Source: Gemmatimonadota bacterium (lineage in GTDB: Bacteria; Gemmatimonadota; Gemmatimonadetes; Palauibacterales; Palauibacteraceae). From it: DNA of 64,000 nt. The translations under genes were made by a program, and so were the position numbers. The notes beneath the pieces were generated by a model. The model saw only the letters and a program-made list of their open reading frames with translations. It ran no database searches and was not told the DNA's origin. The stretch spans positions 810,593 to 874,592 of the forward strand of contig OY282356.1 of the NCBI GenBank assembly GCA_958295535.1, given 5' to 3'. Positions 49,219 to 58,093 of the stretch are shown here, in pieces. Positions within the stretch are counted from its first letter, which is position 1. The number at the start of each line of letters is the position of its first letter.

Positions 49219-50022
49219 ATGAATGCCATGAAGGCCGGCGCGCCGAACGGTCTCGAGGCCGGGAAGGCCGACGCGCCACGCGATCCGAAGAGCGGGAAGT
49301 CGGACGGCGAGCGCGCCCTGGTCATACTGCCTACCTACAACGAGGCGCAGGCTATCAGGGAGACCATCGCGGCGGTGTTGGCGCAGGGCGACCGCTTCTC
49401 CGTTCTGGTCGTGGATGATGCATCGCCGGACGGGACGGGCCAAGCGGCCGACGAGATCGCAGCCGCCGACTCCCGGGTTCACGTCTTGCACAGGGAGGGG
49501 AAGCTAGGGCTCGGTTCGGCGTATCTGGATGGGTTTCGCTGGGCGCTCCAGCGCGACTTCGGCCGGATCTTCGAGATGGACGCGGACGGATCGCACGACC
49601 CTCGCTATCTGCCCAAGCTGCTCGCGGCCGCCGAAGAGCTGGACCTGGTTATCGGTTCTCGCTACGTGCGGGGCGTCAACGTGATCGACTGGCCCATGTC
49701 GCGTCTCCTCCTGAGCTACTACGCGAACAAGTACGCCCGGCTGGCCACGGGGCTGCGGCTAGCCGATGCCACGAGCGGCTTCAGGTGCTTCAGGCGCCGC
49801 GTGCTCGAGGCGCTGGACCTCGGCGCGGTCGGATCGACCGGATACACCTTCCAGATCGAAGTGGCCTTTCTAGCGTGGAAGAAGGGGTTCCGCGTCGGTG
49901 AGATTCCGATAGTCTTCACCGGACGGTACCTGGGCGAGAGCAAGATGTCGGGCCGGATCATCTTCGAGGCGGTCTGGAGAGTGTGGGCTCTTCGGGTACG
50001 CTCCATAGCCGGGAGATTGTGA
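49219..50022 (+). CDS. polyprenol monophosphomannose synthase (Ppm1/DPM1-like GT2)
   Basis: LVILPTYNEAQAI...VLVVDDASPDGTG...HREGKLGLGSAYLDGF...FEMDADGSHDP...VIGSRYV...DATSGFRCFRR...GYTFQIE...GESKMS. Confidence 0.9.
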   Translation: MNAMKAGAPNGLEAGKADAPRDPKSGKSDGERALVILPTYNEAQAIRETIAAVLAQGDRFSVLVVDDASPDGTGQAADEIAAADSRVHVLHREGKLGLGSAYLDGFRWALQRDFGRIFEMDADGSHDPRYLPKLLAAAEELDLVIGSRYVRGVNVIDWPMSRLLLSYYANKYARLATGLRLADATSGFRCFRRRVLEALDLGAVGSTGYTFQIEVAFLAWKKGFRVGEIPIVFTGRYLGESKMSGRIIFEAVWRVWALRVRSIAGRL

Positions 50023-50023
50023 G

Positions 50024-51022
50024 ATGTTTCACAAGACGATGCCGTATGTGCAGTCGAAGCATGTTCCGGTCCAGCCGGCGATCGACTACGAACGCCATCC
50101 CGCGTTCAGAGACCGTGCCCGGTGGAGAAACGATGTCCACCGCGTAGTCTTCGGGAACATCACGCGTGCAGGCCGTCTGTTCGACGTAATTCTCATCTTT
50201 GTCATCCTGGCCAGTGTCGGGGTGGTGATGCTGGAGAGCGTGGATCGCTTCGCCTCGCGTTCGCGGGGGGTTCTCTGGGCGCTCGAATGGGTGTTCAGCG
50301 CGACGTTCACCATCGAGTACGCGTTTCGGCTGGCTAGCGCACAGAGGGCCGGGCGTTACGCTCGATCGTTCTTCGGGATCGTCGACCTGATGGCTATCCT
50401 GCCGACCTACATCGGATTGGTGGTGCCGGGCGGCCAGGCGTTAGCCGTCATCCGCGTACTGCGGGTGCTGCGCGTGTTCCGGGTTCTCAAGCTGGCGCAG
50501 TTCGTCGGCGGGGAAGTGCTCCTCCTTCGCGCCTTCCGGTCCAGCATGCACAAGATTGCCGTCTTCCTCATCGCGGTCGTCGTGGTCGTCGCGGTGGTGG
50601 GCGCGGCGATGTACGTGATAGAGGGACCCGGCTCGGGCTTCACCAGCATCCCGGTGGGCGTATACTGGGCTATCGTGACGGTCACGACGGTCGGCTACGG
50701 AGACGTGACTCCCGTCACGGTCGCGGGGCGGGCGCTGGCCTCTCTCCTGATGATTCTGGGATATGGCGTGATCGCGGTGCCGACCGGCATAGTGACCGCC
50801 CAGATCGCCGGGGACCGCCGGATTCTGGCGCGCGCTACGAGGCGTGGCGGCCTCCGGGACTCGGGTGGCAGCCTCCGGGGCGCGGGCGGCGTCCGGCCCG
50901 CAGTGCGCGAGCCGCCCGGCTTCGGCGACAGAGACGAACGGGCGTGCCCGAAGTGTCCCGCGGTCGGCCACCATCCCGACGCGCAGTACTGCCAGTATTG
51001 CGGCGAGGCGCTTGGCCAGTAA
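50024..51022 (+). CDS. voltage-gated-type K+ channel (6TM) with a C-terminal zinc ribbon
   Basis: S4 RVLRVLRVFRVLKL, selectivity filter TVTTVGYGD, C-terminal CPKC-x13-CQYC. The ATG lies 2 nt after the upstream stop. Confidence 0.9.
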   Translation: MFHKTMPYVQSKHVPVQPAIDYERHPAFRDRARWRNDVHRVVFGNITRAGRLFDVILIFVILASVGVVMLESVDRFASRSRGVLWALEWVFSATFTIEYAFRLASAQRAGRYARSFFGIVDLMAILPTYIGLVVPGGQALAVIRVLRVLRVFRVLKLAQFVGGEVLLLRAFRSSMHKIAVFLIAVVVVVAVVGAAMYVIEGPGSGFTSIPVGVYWAIVTVTTVGYGDVTPVTVAGRALASLLMILGYGVIAVPTGIVTAQIAGDRRILARATRRGGLRDSGGSLRGAGGVRPAVREPPGFGDRDERACPKCPAVGHHPDAQYCQYCGEALGQ

Positions 51023-51023
51023 G

Positions 51024-53270
51024 GTGCGGCGCGCCGCCATCATCGCGTTGTCCATGGCTCTCGTGGCGGCGGAGGCGACGGCGGGCCAGTCCGGGGCATC
51101 CGACTCTTCTCGCGCCGTACCGATGCCGCTCCACCGGATCACCGGAGAGGTCAACCTGGACGGCGTCGTGGACGAGGCGCTTTGGGAAGAAGTCGAACCG
51201 CTTCCGCTGATCATGTGGGCGCCGACGTACGGAGATGATCTCACCGAACGCACGGAGATCCGAATCGCGTACAATGACCGCTATCTCTACGTTGCCGGAC
51301 GCCTCTACGACTCCGATCCTGACGGGATCCGCTCGAACACCTTCTACCGGGACCAGTTCAGCGGAGACGATCTTCTGTCGATCGAGATCGACAGCTACAA
51401 CGACTACGAAACCGCGCTCTGGTTCGTAACCACCCCGGCAGGCGTTCGCCAGGACCGCACGATGTCCAACGACGGGGAGTTCTCCGGCGGCTCCTTTCCG
51501 ATGAACGCCGACTGGAACGCTCACTGGGATGTGGCTACGACCCGGGACGATAGCGGGTGGTTCGCCGAGTTCAGGATCCCGTTCTCGACGCTGAAATTCC
51601 AGGCCGACCAGGACGAGGTGACGATGGGGATCATCGTCTACCGCTTTATCGCCCGGAAGAACGAGCGCCAACTCTTTCCCGCCATTTCGCGAGAGTGGGG
51701 CGGGTTCGGATTCGGCAAGCCGTCCCAGGCTCAGCGCGTCACGCTGCGCGGCGTGCGGCCATCGAAGCCTGTGTACGTGACGCCGTATCTGCTGGGCGGC
51801 CTTCAGCGCGCCCCCGTACTCCGCGAACCGCAGGATGTCGCCGCCTTCTGGGAATTCGAGCAGGACCCCACCACCGAGCCGGGGCTGGACATCAAGTACT
51901 CGCCCTCATCGAGTCTGGCCATCGACCTGACGGCCAACACGGACTTCGCCCAGGTGGAGGCTGACAACCAGCAGGTCAATCTGACGAGATTCTCCCTCTT
52001 CTTCCCGGAGAAGCGGCAGTTCTTCCAGGAAAGAGCCTCGACATTCGAATTCGGCACAGGCGGATTCACGGACCGGCTCTTCTTCAGCCGCCGGATCGGA
52101 CTCGACCGGGGCGAAATCGTCAGGATCTACGGTGGAGCGAGATTCGTCGGCAGGGCAGGGGGGCTGGACTACGGACTGCTCAATATGCAGACTGCGCCGA
52201 CCCCCCGGCGCTCCGGCGAGAACATGGGCGTTCTGCGCTTGAAGCAGCAGGTGATGAACCCGTACTCGTTCGTCGGGGGCATGGTCACCAGCCGCATCGG
52301 ATCCAATGATGAGAACAATCTCGCCTACGGTCTCGATGCGCAGCTCCGGCTGTTCGGCGACGAATACCTGACGGTCACCTGGGCGCAGACGTTCGACGAG
52401 GCGGTGGAAGAGGGAAGCGCTCTGGACGCCGGCCTCGTACGCGCCTCCTGGCAACGGCGAACCGACAGGGGGTTCTACTACGATCTGTTCTACCGGCGGG
52501 TCGGACCGGATTATCTGCCGCGTCTCGGATTCCAGCTCCGCAAGGACTTCTCGCAATACGGCGCCTGGCTTGGCTACAGCTGGTTTCAGGGGGCGGAGGC
52601 CTCGCTCAACAGCGTGACGCTATCCGCGTTCGGCCAGAGTATCCACCGCAATGTCGACCATACGCCGGAGTCCCGCTCCATCCAGCCGGAGTTGAGCCTC
52701 GACTTCAAGTCCGGCGCCAACATCGCCGTATCGTCCGAGACGATCTTCGAGGACATTCGCAGCCCGTTCCCCGTCGCCGGCCTCACGATAGAGCCGGGCG
52801 AATACTGGTATAGCCAGGCAACTGTGCGGTGGATGCTGCCGCGGGCCGCGCTGTTCAGGGGCATGGCAAGCGGGACGGCGGGCGGCTTCTACAATGGTCG
52901 TCGGCTCGCGTTCAGCGCCGAACCCCGATGGAACATGTCTCGCCACCTTGAAGTGGGAGTCGGCTACGAGGTGAACCGGATCGAGTTTTCCGGCAGCCAG
53001 GAAGAGACGACGATTCAGATTGCCCGGCTCCGGCTGGACTTCGCTCTCAACAAACACGTTTCGCTGAGCACTTTTGGCCAATACAATAATGTAGACGACC
53101 GGACAAGCATCAATGCGCGCTTTCGCTACCACTTCCGCGAGGGGACCGATCTCTGGATCGTGTACAACGAGGGATTCAACTTCGAGCGCGGTACCGCCGC
53201 GGGCCCCATGCTTCCTTTCTCGGCGGGGCGTAGCTTGATGGTCAAGTACTCTCACACCTTTGTCTGGTAG
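51024..53270 (+). CDS. DUF5916 / CBM9-like domain outer-membrane protein (paralog A)
   Basis: Signal peptide; N-terminal CBM9/DOMON-like module (GEVNLDGVVDEALWEEVEPL...IRIAYNDRYLYVAGRLYD...WFAEFRIPFSTLKF); long beta-rich C-terminal region ending ...MVKYSHTFVW (aromatic terminus). GTG start 2 nt after the channel stop. Confidence 0.75.
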   Translation: MRRAAIIALSMALVAAEATAGQSGASDSSRAVPMPLHRITGEVNLDGVVDEALWEEVEPLPLIMWAPTYGDDLTERTEIRIAYNDRYLYVAGRLYDSDPDGIRSNTFYRDQFSGDDLLSIEIDSYNDYETALWFVTTPAGVRQDRTMSNDGEFSGGSFPMNADWNAHWDVATTRDDSGWFAEFRIPFSTLKFQADQDEVTMGIIVYRFIARKNERQLFPAISREWGGFGFGKPSQAQRVTLRGVRPSKPVYVTPYLLGGLQRAPVLREPQDVAAFWEFEQDPTTEPGLDIKYSPSSSLAIDLTANTDFAQVEADNQQVNLTRFSLFFPEKRQFFQERASTFEFGTGGFTDRLFFSRRIGLDRGEIVRIYGGARFVGRAGGLDYGLLNMQTAPTPRRSGENMGVLRLKQQVMNPYSFVGGMVTSRIGSNDENNLAYGLDAQLRLFGDEYLTVTWAQTFDEAVEEGSALDAGLVRASWQRRTDRGFYYDLFYRRVGPDYLPRLGFQLRKDFSQYGAWLGYSWFQGAEASLNSVTLSAFGQSIHRNVDHTPESRSIQPELSLDFKSGANIAVSSETIFEDIRSPFPVAGLTIEPGEYWYSQATVRWMLPRAALFRGMASGTAGGFYNGRRLAFSAEPRWNMSRHLEVGVGYEVNRIEFSGSQEETTIQIARLRLDFALNKHVSLSTFGQYNNVDDRTSINARFRYHFREGTDLWIVYNEGFNFERGTAAGPMLPFSAGRSLMVKYSHTFVW

Positions 53271-53327
53271 GCCGGGCGCCGCTTGGCGCTGAGCTTGCCA
53301 TCCGCCACCGGGCGCTTTGGGGAGACG

Positions 53328-53432
53328 CTCTCTCCCCGGCGGACGCTCCTTCTCCGGCGTGCGTTCCCCGGGCTCGCGCTCCCTCTTCGACGGTCGATCC
53401 CTTTCCGGCGGCTGCTCTGTCTCCTGTGGACG
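53328..53432. repeat. About 18-nt pyrimidine-rich tandem repeat x6 ahead of paralog B
   Basis: CTCTCTCCCCGGCGGACG / CTCCTTCTCCGGCGTGCG / TTCCCCGGGCTCGCG / CTCCCTCTTCGACGGTCG / ATCCCTTTCCGGCGGCTG / CTCTGTCTCCTGTGGACG. Confidence 0.75.
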
Positions 53433-53495
53433 ATCCTCGCGCGCGCGTTCACGCTTGGACGGGATCCGCGCGCCATCCGCCAAGCCGGCTCCGCG

Positions 53496-55730
53496 TTGCG
53501 GCATCTGCCGCTCGCGGTGGCAGCCGTCCTGTCAGCTCAACCGCTGGGCGCCCAGGATGGCGGACGCGACAAGCCCCCGGTAGCGCTAGCCCGGATCGCG
53601 GGGGAGGAGATCCTGCTGGATGGCGTTGTGGAAGAACCGGCGTGGGATGCCATCGAACCGCTGCCCCTGGTCATGTATTCGCCTACCTATGACGGCGCAC
53701 TGACCGAGAGGAGCGAAATACGCGTCGCATACAGCGAATCCCACCTCTACATATCGGGCCGGCTATTCGACTCCGACGTCAGCGGAATCAGAGCGAACAC
53801 CTTCTCTCGCGACGGTTTCAGCGGCGACGACCAGTTTGCCATCGTTCTCGACAGCTACAACGATCACGAGACCGCCGTGGCCTTCGTGGTAAATCCCAAC
53901 GGAGCCCGCTCGGATCGAAGCGTGTGGAGCGACGCCGAGTTCACTGCGGGAACGAGGCCCTTCAACAGCGACTGGAACGCTCATTGGAGCGCGGCGACCC
54001 GGCGCACCGAGGAAGGGTGGTCGGCGGAGATGCGAATTCCGTTTTCGTCGCTGGGGTTTCAGGACAGCGACGGGGAAGTCACGATGGGTCTCATCGTCTA
54101 CCGCTCCATCTCCCGCAAGAACGAGCGCCAAGTGTATCCCGCCATCTCGCCCGAATACGGATTCTTCGGATTCGGCAAACCCTCGCTGGCGCAACGAGTT
54201 ACGATGCGGGGCGTGAGCCGTGGGACACCTCTCTACGTGACCCCGTACATTCTGGGAGGAGTTACGCGCACTCCGGCGCTCCTGGAGCCGCCCGATGTGG
54301 ATGACGCCTATTGGGGCGCGACGGACGGACGGACCACGGAGCCTGGACTCGACATCAAATTCTCTCCGTCCTCCAGCTTCTCCATGGACATTACGGCAAA
54401 TACGGACTTTGCCCAGGTGGAGGCCGACGACCAGCAAATCAACCTTACCCGCTTTCCCCTCTTCTTTCCCGAAAAACGCCAGTTCTTCCAGGAGCGGTCG
54501 GCAACCTTCGACTTCGCGACGGGGGGCGTTACGGACCGTGTTTTCTTCAGCCGCCGGATAGGGCTCGCCGACGGCGACATTGTACGCATATACGGGGGAC
54601 TGCGGATGGTCGGGCGGCTAGAAGGGCTCGACTACGGCTTCCTCAGCATGCAGACCGCGGCCAGCGCCGGGCGGCCTAGCGAGAACATGGGCGTTGTGCG
54701 CCTCAAGCAGCAGATAATCAATCCGCAGTCGTCGATCGGAGCGATCGTCACGACCAGGCTGGGGGTTCGCGGCGAGCAAAACATCGCCTACGGAGCGGAT
54801 ACCGAAGTTCGGCTGTTCGGAGACGAGTACCTGACGGTGAAGTGGGCCCAGACAATCGACGAAGAAATCGAGGCAAGCGATCCGCTCGACGCAGGACTGA
54901 TCTTCGCCCAGTTCGAGAGGCGCAAGCAGGAAGGATTCGCGTACAGCGCGCAGTACCGCAGGGTAGGGGACTCCTACCGCCCGCGGCTCGGCTTCCAAAG
55001 GCGGGATGACTTCACCTATTACGGAGGTTCGGCCGGGTACTCCTGGTTCCTGGGCGCGAACTCGCAGCTGCGAACCGTGTGGCTCCAGGCGAGCACCGAG
55101 CACTACTACCGAAACTCCGATATGACTCCGGAGTCTCGCGTCGTGAACCCCCGGCTCACGGTGCAACTGAAGGCGGGGGGCTTCTTGACGGTGGGAGCTC
55201 GGTCCAGCTTCGAGAGCATTCGCAGCAGCTTCGAAGTGGCCGATTTCACGGTCTCTCCGGGCGACTACTGGTTTCACGAGGCGGAGGCGTCCTGGAGCTT
55301 GGCGCGGGGCGGTGCGCTCAGGGGAGAAGTCGGGGCCTCCGCGGGGAGCTTCTATTTCGGCAGGCGGGTGAATCTTCGGTTGAGTCCCGCCTTCAACCTC
55401 TCCAAGCATTTGGAGATCAGCCCCGGCTACGAGACGAATCGTTTCGAACTCGACGGTGGAGCGGGTCTTACGGCGCACTTGGCCCGGCTGCGGCTGGACT
55501 TCGCCCTCGACACCCGCCTCGGATTGAGCACGCTGGTCCAGTACAACTCGATCTTGGACAGGGCTACGGTAAACGCGCGTCTGCGTTACCACTTCCGGGA
55601 GGGAACGGACCTCTGGCTCGTTTACAACGAGGGATACAACACGGACCGCGATCTAGGCGCGCCGACTCCGCTTCCCGTGTCGGCTGGCCGCGCTCTGATG
55701 ATCAAGTACACCCACACCCTCGCGTTCTAG
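53496..55730 (+). CDS. DUF5916 / CBM9-like domain outer-membrane protein (paralog B)
   Basis: Collinear with paralog A (GEEILLDGVVEEPAWDAIEPL...IRVAYSESHLYISGRLFD...WSAEMRIPFSSLGF...MIKYTHTLAF). TTG 53496 gives the signal peptide MRHLPLAVAAVLSAQPLGAQD, matching the layout of paralog A. The ORF is open from TTG 53283. Confidence 0.75.
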   Translation: MRHLPLAVAAVLSAQPLGAQDGGRDKPPVALARIAGEEILLDGVVEEPAWDAIEPLPLVMYSPTYDGALTERSEIRVAYSESHLYISGRLFDSDVSGIRANTFSRDGFSGDDQFAIVLDSYNDHETAVAFVVNPNGARSDRSVWSDAEFTAGTRPFNSDWNAHWSAATRRTEEGWSAEMRIPFSSLGFQDSDGEVTMGLIVYRSISRKNERQVYPAISPEYGFFGFGKPSLAQRVTMRGVSRGTPLYVTPYILGGVTRTPALLEPPDVDDAYWGATDGRTTEPGLDIKFSPSSSFSMDITANTDFAQVEADDQQINLTRFPLFFPEKRQFFQERSATFDFATGGVTDRVFFSRRIGLADGDIVRIYGGLRMVGRLEGLDYGFLSMQTAASAGRPSENMGVVRLKQQIINPQSSIGAIVTTRLGVRGEQNIAYGADTEVRLFGDEYLTVKWAQTIDEEIEASDPLDAGLIFAQFERRKQEGFAYSAQYRRVGDSYRPRLGFQRRDDFTYYGGSAGYSWFLGANSQLRTVWLQASTEHYYRNSDMTPESRVVNPRLTVQLKAGGFLTVGARSSFESIRSSFEVADFTVSPGDYWFHEAEASWSLARGGALRGEVGASAGSFYFGRRVNLRLSPAFNLSKHLEISPGYETNRFELDGGAGLTAHLARLRLDFALDTRLGLSTLVQYNSILDRATVNARLRYHFREGTDLWLVYNEGYNTDRDLGAPTPLPVSAGRALMIKYTHTLAF

Positions 55731-55761
55731 CTCTCCAGGATCCGTTCTAGCTCTCCAGGAT
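55722..55761. repeat. 20-nt duplication containing the paralog B stop codon
   Basis: GCGTTCTAGCTCTCCAGGAT / CCGTTCTAGCTCTCCAGGAT. Confidence 0.85.
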
Positions 55762-56064
55762 AGTCGCCCTGTAGCAACTCCATCCCGGAACACGCCGGGT
55801 GGCCATCTCTAGACGGCCTTAAGCGATCGCGGGTGCGCTACGTGGAGCCGGAGAAGATCGGAGCGAACGCGGTTATGGGGTGCGAAGAGAAGACCTAGCC
55901 AAGGCCCCGGCGGGGTGGCCGATCCCCGGTGCGGTCGGCCGTGGTTCGACTGTCGGCTCCGGTTCGGAGGGGAATGTCAATGTCGCGGGTTTTCGGAAGC
56001 TAGTTTACAGAATATGCGTTATGCGCCATTCCTTGCAAGCTTGGCGGCTCCAGCTTTCCGCTTC

Positions 56065-56754
56065 CTACATGTCTCCGAGCCTGCCGCCTATCTCGCCGGC
56101 CCGCAGCCTGTAGACGCTGGCCTCGACGGGATCATCGGCTGCCTCTGCCTCTTCGGCGATAGCTGCGTATAGCGATACGGCTTCTTCCAGTCGGCCAAGA
56201 GAGGCGAGAATCCGCGCCGCCGACGCTTGCGCCTCGCGCTGCTGGAATGGAAACCGGGCCCCTTCCGCCAGAGTCTGGTACGTGGCGAGGGCCAATTCGG
56301 CATCGCCCGATGCCTCCTGGGCAGTCGCGATCAGCGTCCGCGCCGCGAAACCGAGTGGCTCGTCGGGAGCGGCGGTAACCTGTCGCGCCACCTGCTCGGC
56401 GTCCACCGTCCGATCGGCATCCATATAGGCGTGGGCCAGCAGGATACGGCCTTCGTTCGCGAACTCGCCCCCGAAGCGCTCGACGTAATCTTCGAGCTCC
56501 TGAATCATCGCTTCGGGACTGGTCGCCCCGAGCCTGATGCTTGCCAGCTCCATTCCGGCAACTTCGCGGGTCGAGGTTCGGTAGTTTACATAATACACCG
56601 TTCCCATGATGATCATGGCCAGAGCGGCGATTCCCACTACGACCGATGTCGGGTTCCGCTTGACCAAGGTGGCCAAGCGGAAGCCGGTCCGAACGAAGGC
56701 GTCGGCCTGTCCGCCAGCGTCGGGCTGCTCTGTGCTCCTCTGCTTTCGCGCCAT
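56065..56754 (-). CDS. membrane-anchored TPR-like protein (YfgM/UPF0070-like)
   Basis: N-terminal single TM helix (VVVGIAALAMIIMGTVYYV) followed by an Ala/Glu-rich helical-repeat region. The family call is tentative. Confidence 0.5.
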   Translation of the reverse strand: MARKQRSTEQPDAGGQADAFVRTGFRLATLVKRNPTSVVVGIAALAMIIMGTVYYVNYRTSTREVAGMELASIRLGATSPEAMIQELEDYVERFGGEFANEGRILLAHAYMDADRTVDAEQVARQVTAAPDEPLGFAARTLIATAQEASGDAELALATYQTLAEGARFPFQQREAQASAARILASLGRLEEAVSLYAAIAEEAEAADDPVEASVYRLRAGEIGGRLGDM

Positions 56755-57061
56755 TTCTCGCCCTGTCCCCCCAACGTCTCCTTTTGTCTTTTGCAGAAAA
56801 TTCCTGCTCGATCGAACAGGAAGCTATCCCATGGTGGCAGGCCTGCGCTAATCGGCCGGCGCGCTCCCGCGGCTGTGTCCCTCCCCGCTGCCCGCGTGTT
56901 GTTACCGGCGCCCAGTTGCGCGGGTCCCCCGGATGCGGTCGAGGCGGCTGCGCCCTTCCCCGCCTCGGTTCAGGAGTTGCTGGAGTTGCCCCGGTTCCGT
57001 GGCGCAGAGCCAGTCTGGCTTGGCGGTCGATCCGGTCCGCTCTTGGCGGCGCGGCGACCGG

Positions 57062-58093
57062 CTACGAGTACATTCCGTGCCGCGACGCCGGCTTGCGGGC
57101 GGCTCGGTCTAGCGCGAGCACGAGGGCCGCTCCCAGGAGGGCGAGACCTGCGCCCGGCCAGACATCGGCGAAACTTTCGGGCCAACTGTTCCTCGAGAGC
57201 CACTCTACCCGGCCATCGGAGTGCGTGTACAGCTCCCGTATCCTCTCTTTCCACGGCCAGAGGGCGTTTAGCGATCCAACCAGGAAGCCGGCGAGAACGC
57301 TTAGCGTGGACGCGCGGCGCCGGTCAAGCAGCCATTTGAGTGCCCGGCTGAAGCTCAGCAGCCCGAGCGCCGCTCCACTGGCCAGGGCCGCGAGTCGAAC
57401 CGGATCGAATCCCTTGACCGCGCTAATTGCAGGAGCGTACGCCCCCAGGATCAGCAAGATGAAACTCCCCGAGATGCCTGGCAGAATCATGGCGCATGCC
57501 GCGACCGCCGCGCACGCCGCAAGAAAGAGCGGCGCGTCCGACTGCAGGAGCGGAGGGAGAGATGTGATGCCGAATGCGGCCGCGGCTCCGGCGATACCGA
57601 GCGCCAGCAGCGCGCCGGCCGACGGCGAGCGGCCGTCCGTCTGCCTGCCCGGCGCCGCGCGACTTTCGCCTGAGCTTCGCACGTGGCTCCCTACGAGGGG
57701 TGCCGATGCGGCCACCAGCCCGAAGAAGAAGGCCCACAGCATGGCCGGGTGGTGTTCGAGCAGCCAGTGGAGCAGCCGTGCGAACGCGGCGACGCTGGTC
57801 AGGATTCCGGCGAGCAGGACTGCAAGGAATGTCGCGTTGGCCCTCTGCCAAACGCCACGGACGCCGGCCTCGCGGAAGGCGCCGGGCAGGCCTCGCCCAA
57901 GGCTCCCGATAGTTGCCACCAGCTCGTCGTAAATGCCGACGATGAAGGCTACGGTTCCGCCCGATACGCCAGGCACCAAGTCCGCCAGCCCCATGGCGAT
58001 CCCCTTCGCGTAGAGGACAAACCAGTTTCGCCGACCTCCCGCGCCGTCCTGCCCCGCCGCCGATCGGGAGCCGGCTGGGCTAGCGTTCAGCAT
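57062..58093 (-). CDS. DUF368 family membrane protein (PopT-type undecaprenyl-phosphate translocase family)
   Basis: KGIAMGLADLVPGVSGGTVAFIVGIYDEL, with the repeat ...ILPGISGSFILLILG in the second half. This is the characteristic duplicated DUF368 motif. Confidence 0.8.
   Translation of the reverse strand: MLNASPAGSRSAAGQDGAGGRRNWFVLYAKGIAMGLADLVPGVSGGTVAFIVGIYDELVATIGSLGRGLPGAFREAGVRGVWQRANATFLAVLLAGILTSVAAFARLLHWLLEHHPAMLWAFFFGLVAASAPLVGSHVRSSGESRAAPGRQTDGRSPSAGALLALGIAGAAAAFGITSLPPLLQSDAPLFLAACAAVAACAMILPGISGSFILLILGAYAPAISAVKGFDPVRLAALASGAALGLLSFSRALKWLLDRRRASTLSVLAGFLVGSLNALWPWKERIRELYTHSDGRVEWLSRNSWPESFADVWPGAGLALLGAALVLALDRAARKPASRHGMYS

Noticed and set aside
55930-55965. GGTTCGA T-loop-like motif suggesting a tRNA in the convergent spacer
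   Set aside because: The flanking bases do not form a T-stem, and I could not build an acceptor, D or anticodon arm in either orientation.
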